The notes under the pieces: model-generated
What the model saw: the letters and a program-made list of their open reading frames with translations, nothing else
What the model was told of the DNA's origin: nothing
The model's database searches: none
Position numbers and translations under genes: made by a program
Source of the DNA: an uncultured Alphaproteobacteria bacterium
GTDB lineage: Bacteria; Pseudomonadota; Alphaproteobacteria; Rs-D84
DNA length: 64,000 bases
Direction: 5' to 3'
Assembly: GCA_905233975.1 (NCBI GenBank)
Contig: CAJOGD010000001.1
Location: 86,263-150,262, forward strand
In this document: piece after piece, positions 59,740 to 64,000 of the stretch
Layout of the letters: every line of letters starts with the position of its first letter
Position numbering within the stretch: the stretch's first letter is position 1

Positions 59740-60138
59740 ATGACCACTATGAAAGCACTTACTTTATATCAACCTTATGCAACCGCGATAGCAATCGGGT
59801 TAAAAAAATACGAAACGCGGTCTTGGGCTACGAAATATCGTGGTCCACTGGCAATACATGCATCTTTAAAACCGTTATCGCCTGAATTAAAAGAACTAGC
59901 CAAACGTTATGGAATAAATAATCTTGAATATGGAAAAATAATAGCGATTTGTGAATTACAAGACTGTATTGAAATGACAGACGAAATTATAAAACACCAA
60001 TCAACCACAGAAAAAGATTTTGGTATCTGGACACCGGGTCGTTATGCATGGAAATTAAAAGTTTTAAAAATTTTAAATGAACCTTTTCCCGCCCGCGGGT
60101 ATCAAATGCTTTGGAATATTGATTTAGATAATAAATAA
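59740..60138 (+). CDS. ASCH (PUA-like) domain protein
   Basis: 132 aa; N-terminus MKALTLYQPYATAI fits the ASCH pattern. Confidence 0.5.
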   Translation: MTTMKALTLYQPYATAIAIGLKKYETRSWATKYRGPLAIHASLKPLSPELKELAKRYGINNLEYGKIIAICELQDCIEMTDEIIKHQSTTEKDFGIWTPGRYAWKLKVLKILNEPFPARGYQMLWNIDLDNK

Positions 60139-60150
60139 AAGGATAAAAAA

Positions 60151-61470
60151 TTGAAATTCACCGTTGAACAATTAAAAAACATTACAAATGGTCAAATCCT
60201 GACGGCGGGCGATTTACCCGACGCATCGTTTAACATATCAACCGACACACGAACAATACAAAGTGGCGATATTTACCTGCCACTGCGCGGTGAAACTTTT
60301 GACGGGGAACAATTTATAAATGTGGCCATTGAAAACGGCGCGGCCGGATATTTCACAACAAATCCCGAACACGCCCCCAAAAACAATGCGTTCGCGATTT
60401 GTGTCCCGGATACCAAGATTGCATACCTGACAATTGCAAATTATTATAAAAAATGCGTAAATCCCGTCACCATTGCCATTACCGGTTCTTCGGGAAAAAC
60501 AACAACCAAAGAAATCACCAGTGCGATTTTTTCCGCAAATCGGAAAACGCATAAAACGCACCTGAATCACAACAATGAAATTGGACTATGCCAAACAATT
60601 CTTTCTATGCCCCAAGATACCGCGGTTTTAATTGTTGAAATGGGAATGCGCGGCCTTGGCGAGATTGATTTGTTGGCCAAATATGTGGAACCGAACTATG
60701 CGATGATTACAAATATTGGAACCGCGCACATTGGCCGATTGGGCAGTCGGGAAAACATAGCAAAAGCAAAATGCGAAATCGTTAATTACATGGGTCGCGA
60801 TGGTGTTTTGGTGACGCATTATGATGAACTGTATAAATCGGCATTAAAGGATTTCAAAGGACAATATATTGTCATAAATTATGATGATTATGAAAAACTT
60901 TCAATGACACAAACATGTTCTGAATTTAAATATCGCAATCATAAATATACGCTCTATGCATGCGGCGACCACAATGTCGCGGACGCTTTGTTGGCCATAG
61001 AAACGGCGTTGCAATGCGGACTTGGTCCCGAAGAAATTCAATCCGGACTTAATAACTATAAACAAATCGAAAAAAGATTCGAAGAAACCGATATAAACGG
61101 CATAAAAATCATAAACGACAGTTATAACGCAAATCCTGATTCTATGAAGGCCGCGATTAAAACATTTATTGAATTATTCAATGGAAACAAAGTGTTGGTT
61201 ATCGCCGACATGAAAGAACTTGGGACCGACGAAGTAAAATATCACGCGGAAATCGGAGAATTTTTAAACCAATACGACAACATAAAAGTTATAACTGTTG
61301 GCGAATTGGCAAAAAATATAACAGCCGCAACAAAACATGTATCCAAGAACTTTTCCGATAACCGCGAAGTGGCCCAAGAATTAAAAAAATTGCCCGCCGG
61401 TTCGGTCGTTTTTATGAAAGGTTCGCGTTCCATGAAACTTGAAGAAATAATCGACGAAATGGCAAAGTAA
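60151..61470 (+). CDS. murF: UDP-N-acetylmuramoyl-tripeptide--D-alanyl-D-alanine ligase
   Basis: GSSGKTTTKE P-loop and the Mur ligase three-domain pattern. Uses a TTG start with an AAAGGAT SD. Confidence 0.85.
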   Translation: MKFTVEQLKNITNGQILTAGDLPDASFNISTDTRTIQSGDIYLPLRGETFDGEQFINVAIENGAAGYFTTNPEHAPKNNAFAICVPDTKIAYLTIANYYKKCVNPVTIAITGSSGKTTTKEITSAIFSANRKTHKTHLNHNNEIGLCQTILSMPQDTAVLIVEMGMRGLGEIDLLAKYVEPNYAMITNIGTAHIGRLGSRENIAKAKCEIVNYMGRDGVLVTHYDELYKSALKDFKGQYIVINYDDYEKLSMTQTCSEFKYRNHKYTLYACGDHNVADALLAIETALQCGLGPEEIQSGLNNYKQIEKRFEETDINGIKIINDSYNANPDSMKAAIKTFIELFNGNKVLVIADMKELGTDEVKYHAEIGEFLNQYDNIKVITVGELAKNITAATKHVSKNFSDNREVAQELKKLPAGSVVFMKGSRSMKLEEIIDEMAK

Positions 61471-61500
61471 TGATTGGCGCCGGTAAATAGCACTATTCGT

Positions 61501-62316
61501 CTAATCAACTTTTTTTAACATTTTCGCATTGCGGCCGGTTATCACCTTTTTCCCTGTTTCTTTTTCCAACTGCAGTTTTGCCGCACGTGCGACACCGCCA
61601 CCACGTGATGCTACACACATAGTTTCGCGGAAGCCTTTTGGGTTTTCCTTTTTTGATATTTCTGTTGCCGATAATTCCGCCAACATATTCAAAACCAATT
61701 CCGCATTTGTCATATTGTCGCGCAAAGACTCTTTTTTTAACCCTTTTATTTTTTTATAATCACGCGTATTCATTCCGGACCATGCACGTGTTATTTCATC
61801 GGTAAGCAACGCATATTCTAATCCTTGTTTTATTCCGCCGCGGTCCCATTCGTTGGTTAAATCCTTTCGAATTTCAATAGATTTTAACCGTTGCGCAATC
61901 CATTCGTTGGAATAGCCCATACGTTGATAATACCGCAGTGCGCGTTGAATCGCGATTTCCGGATCGGCGATTTCATCAATTCTTTCAGACCCCACACTTG
62001 CCAACCATATTTTGAAAGGTTCGGCCTTTTTTGATGGCACAGATTGAATAAGCCGCAAAATTTGTTCAGTATCCGCAACATCGGTATTGTAAAATTTACC
62101 ATCAGACGATTGCATTTTCAGTTGTCCGATTTTTTCGGACAACTCACTTCCTTCTTGGTGCAACTTTATTTTTAAGTCATTCCAATACTTTCGTGGACGT
62201 TCCGTACCTGTCAACGCCGCTATAACATCGACAATTGAAAAATACCATTTTTCTTTGGATTCGTCCCAATGTGTCCTGATTTTTTTATCTTCAAATAATT
62301 TTAAAGCCGTTTCCAT
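61501..62316 (-). CDS. Bro-N / DinD-RhuM-like domain protein
   Basis: N-terminal KKIRTHWDESKEKWYFSIVDVIAALTG resembles Bro-N/KilA-N. Start trimmed to METALKLF. Confidence 0.4.
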   Translation of the reverse strand: METALKLFEDKKIRTHWDESKEKWYFSIVDVIAALTGTERPRKYWNDLKIKLHQEGSELSEKIGQLKMQSSDGKFYNTDVADTEQILRLIQSVPSKKAEPFKIWLASVGSERIDEIADPEIAIQRALRYYQRMGYSNEWIAQRLKSIEIRKDLTNEWDRGGIKQGLEYALLTDEITRAWSGMNTRDYKKIKGLKKESLRDNMTNAELVLNMLAELSATEISKKENPKGFRETMCVASRGGGVARAAKLQLEKETGKKVITGRNAKMLKKVD

Positions 62317-62320
62317 AATA

Positions 62321-62358
62321 CACTTTCCACTAACCACTTACACTAAACACTAATTATT
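62321..62358. repeat. MITE-like repeat, solo half-copy R5 (cactttccactaaccacttacactaaacactaatta)
   Basis: A single arm of the CACTAA-unit repeat, lying between the Bro-N gene start and the ychF stop. Confidence 0.7.
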
Positions 62359-63429
62359 AAATAAGAAATGGCAAATATCGCCTTCTTGCATAACATAATC
62401 ACGACCGACCAGGCGCATTTTACCGGCTTCCTTCACCGCAACTTCGCCACCGTAATTTATATAATCTTCGGGCGAAATTATTTCCGCGCGGATAAAACCT
62501 TTCTCGAAATCTGTATGAATTTTTCCGGCGGCCTGTGGCGCGGTCATACCGCGGGTTATTGTCCACGCGTGCGCTTCCTTTGGGCCAACGGTATAAAAAG
62601 TCTGCAATCCCAATGTTTCATATCCGGTTTTTATCACCTGCTCTAGCCCCGAATGTTTAAGTCCCAAATCGTCCAAGAACATTTTGCGTTCGTCCGGGTC
62701 AACAATTTGCGCAATTTCCATTTCTATTTTACCGGATATAACCAAAACAGGATTTTTTGCACCAAATTTTTGTTTTACCGCGTCCGAAAATTTATTTCCG
62801 TTTGCGGCGGCGGATTCTTCAACATTGCACACATAAATCACCGGTTTTGATGTCAGCAAATTAAACGGTTTACTATCAATATCCACATCACGCGCCGGCA
62901 CAGATTTTTCCAGATTTTCTTTTATCATATTCGCATCGGCCAAAAGTTTTATCGCAACCTTGTCAAGACCATGCGCCTTTTTCTCAAGATTTTTTATTTG
63001 TTTATTCAAACTCTCTAAATCCGCCAACATAAGTTCTGTTTCGATTGTATCAATGTCGGCAACCGGGTCAATTCGTCCATCAACATGCACAATATCATCA
63101 TTTTCAAAACACCGCACAACATGAATTATTGCATCTGTTTCCAAAATATTTCCCAAAAATTTATTCCCCAGTCCCTCGCCAGTTGATGCACCACGCACCA
63201 GGCCCGCAATATCAACAATTTCAAGTTGCGTCGGTATAACCTTGGCCGAATTATCAACCGCCGCCAATTTGTGCAACATTTCGTCCGGCACAACCACACG
63301 CCCGGTATTCGGTTCGATTGTACAAAAAGGGTAATTTTGCGCGTCCGCCGCGGCACTTTGCGTCAGTGCATTAAATAATGTTGATTTTCCAACATTTGGC
63401 AATCCAACAATTCCACAATTGAAACCCAT
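62350..63429 (-). CDS. ychF: ribosome-binding ATPase YchF
   Basis: GIVGLPNVGKSTLFNALT G1 motif and a C-terminal TGS domain. 359 aa. Confidence 0.9.
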   Translation of the reverse strand: MGFNCGIVGLPNVGKSTLFNALTQSAAADAQNYPFCTIEPNTGRVVVPDEMLHKLAAVDNSAKVIPTQLEIVDIAGLVRGASTGEGLGNKFLGNILETDAIIHVVRCFENDDIVHVDGRIDPVADIDTIETELMLADLESLNKQIKNLEKKAHGLDKVAIKLLADANMIKENLEKSVPARDVDIDSKPFNLLTSKPVIYVCNVEESAAANGNKFSDAVKQKFGAKNPVLVISGKIEMEIAQIVDPDERKMFLDDLGLKHSGLEQVIKTGYETLGLQTFYTVGPKEAHAWTITRGMTAPQAAGKIHTDFEKGFIRAEIISPEDYINYGGEVAVKEAGKMRLVGRDYVMQEGDICHFLFNN

Positions 63430-63458
63430 AACAAAATCCTTTATAATATATGCATAAA

Positions 63459-64000
63459 TATGTCATACATGTGGAACAAATTCAATATAAAAACCTTTCC
63501 GTCCGAAACGCTTGTTTACGTTGACGGTGTTTTTCAGTCGGATATATCAACACTTGCCGAAACAGAAAACATTTCGACCAAATACGATTTACCAATACAT
63601 ATTATATATGTCGGAACATTGGAACGCGAAAATACATTGAATATAAACATCACCGCCGAAAATCAACCGGTGTTTTTGACGGTTGATATAAAAAATAAAA
63701 CCCCGGCCTTTTTGAACATTTTTATCAAAAACGCCGGGAAAAATTCTGAATTACGCGGACATATTATGATGCAAAATTACTCTGATTTGGTGACCAAGAT
63801 TATCGCGGAACACACCGCACCCGATACCGGAATTTTATTACAGTCAAAAATAATCGGAAACAAAGACAGTTATTCAAAAATATCTGGAACCGCGATTATA
63901 AACCAAGGTTGCCCACATACCAAATCGGACATACGCCTTTCGGGATACGCGACCGATAAAAGTGCAAAAATACGCCTTAACCCGGTCCAGCGTATAAAAT
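63459..64000 (+). CDS. partial CDS running off the window end, SufD/SufB-like beta-helix pattern
   Basis: MSYMWNKF..LVYVDGVFQSD resembles the SufD N-region. Truncated at the window end. Confidence 0.3.

Overview
This window is about 64 kb of a gene-dense chromosome from a Gram-negative bacterium, with roughly mid-40s percent GC. The Gram-negative call rests on the lipid A genes lpxC and lpxK plus a lysophospholipid acyltransferase, a PagL-like lipid A deacylase, the lolD/lolCE lipoprotein-release pair, an RND/TolC efflux operon and an AsmA-like protein. I could not identify the taxon. The window has no rRNA genes and no CRISPR array. Core genes include truA-fmt-def, rmuC, tsaE, uvrB, aspS, ung, gyrB, murF, ychF and ftsQ-ftsA, with ftsA read in frame into rpe. 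Accessory material sits between the core genes. (1) A palindromic MITE-like repeat family built from CACTAA units occurs five times, always at gene 3-prime ends. (2) Four tRNAs are present (Gln, Thr, Met-CAT, fMet), three with insertion scars. Two tandem integrase-less islets at tRNA-fMet carry a Fic toxin with an iterated palindromic operator. (3) Two secreted paralogs have mosaic conservation, and both copies carry a conserved, covarying, riboswitch-like leader. (4) A compact four-gene module has the gene order and sizes of IncI/R64-type type IVb pilus PilO-PilP-PilQ(ATPase)-PilR, with two unknown genes, a divergent HTH-like pair, and no pilin or secretin in view. (5) A roughly 7 kb accessory stretch between tRNA-Gln and lolD holds an AT-rich SDR, a CDA-fold deaminase, a poly-C(12) frameshifted SDR, an orphan radical-SAM enzyme, and secreted or membrane-anchored unknowns. 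Many ORF-track entries are antisense shadows of long genes and were discarded.
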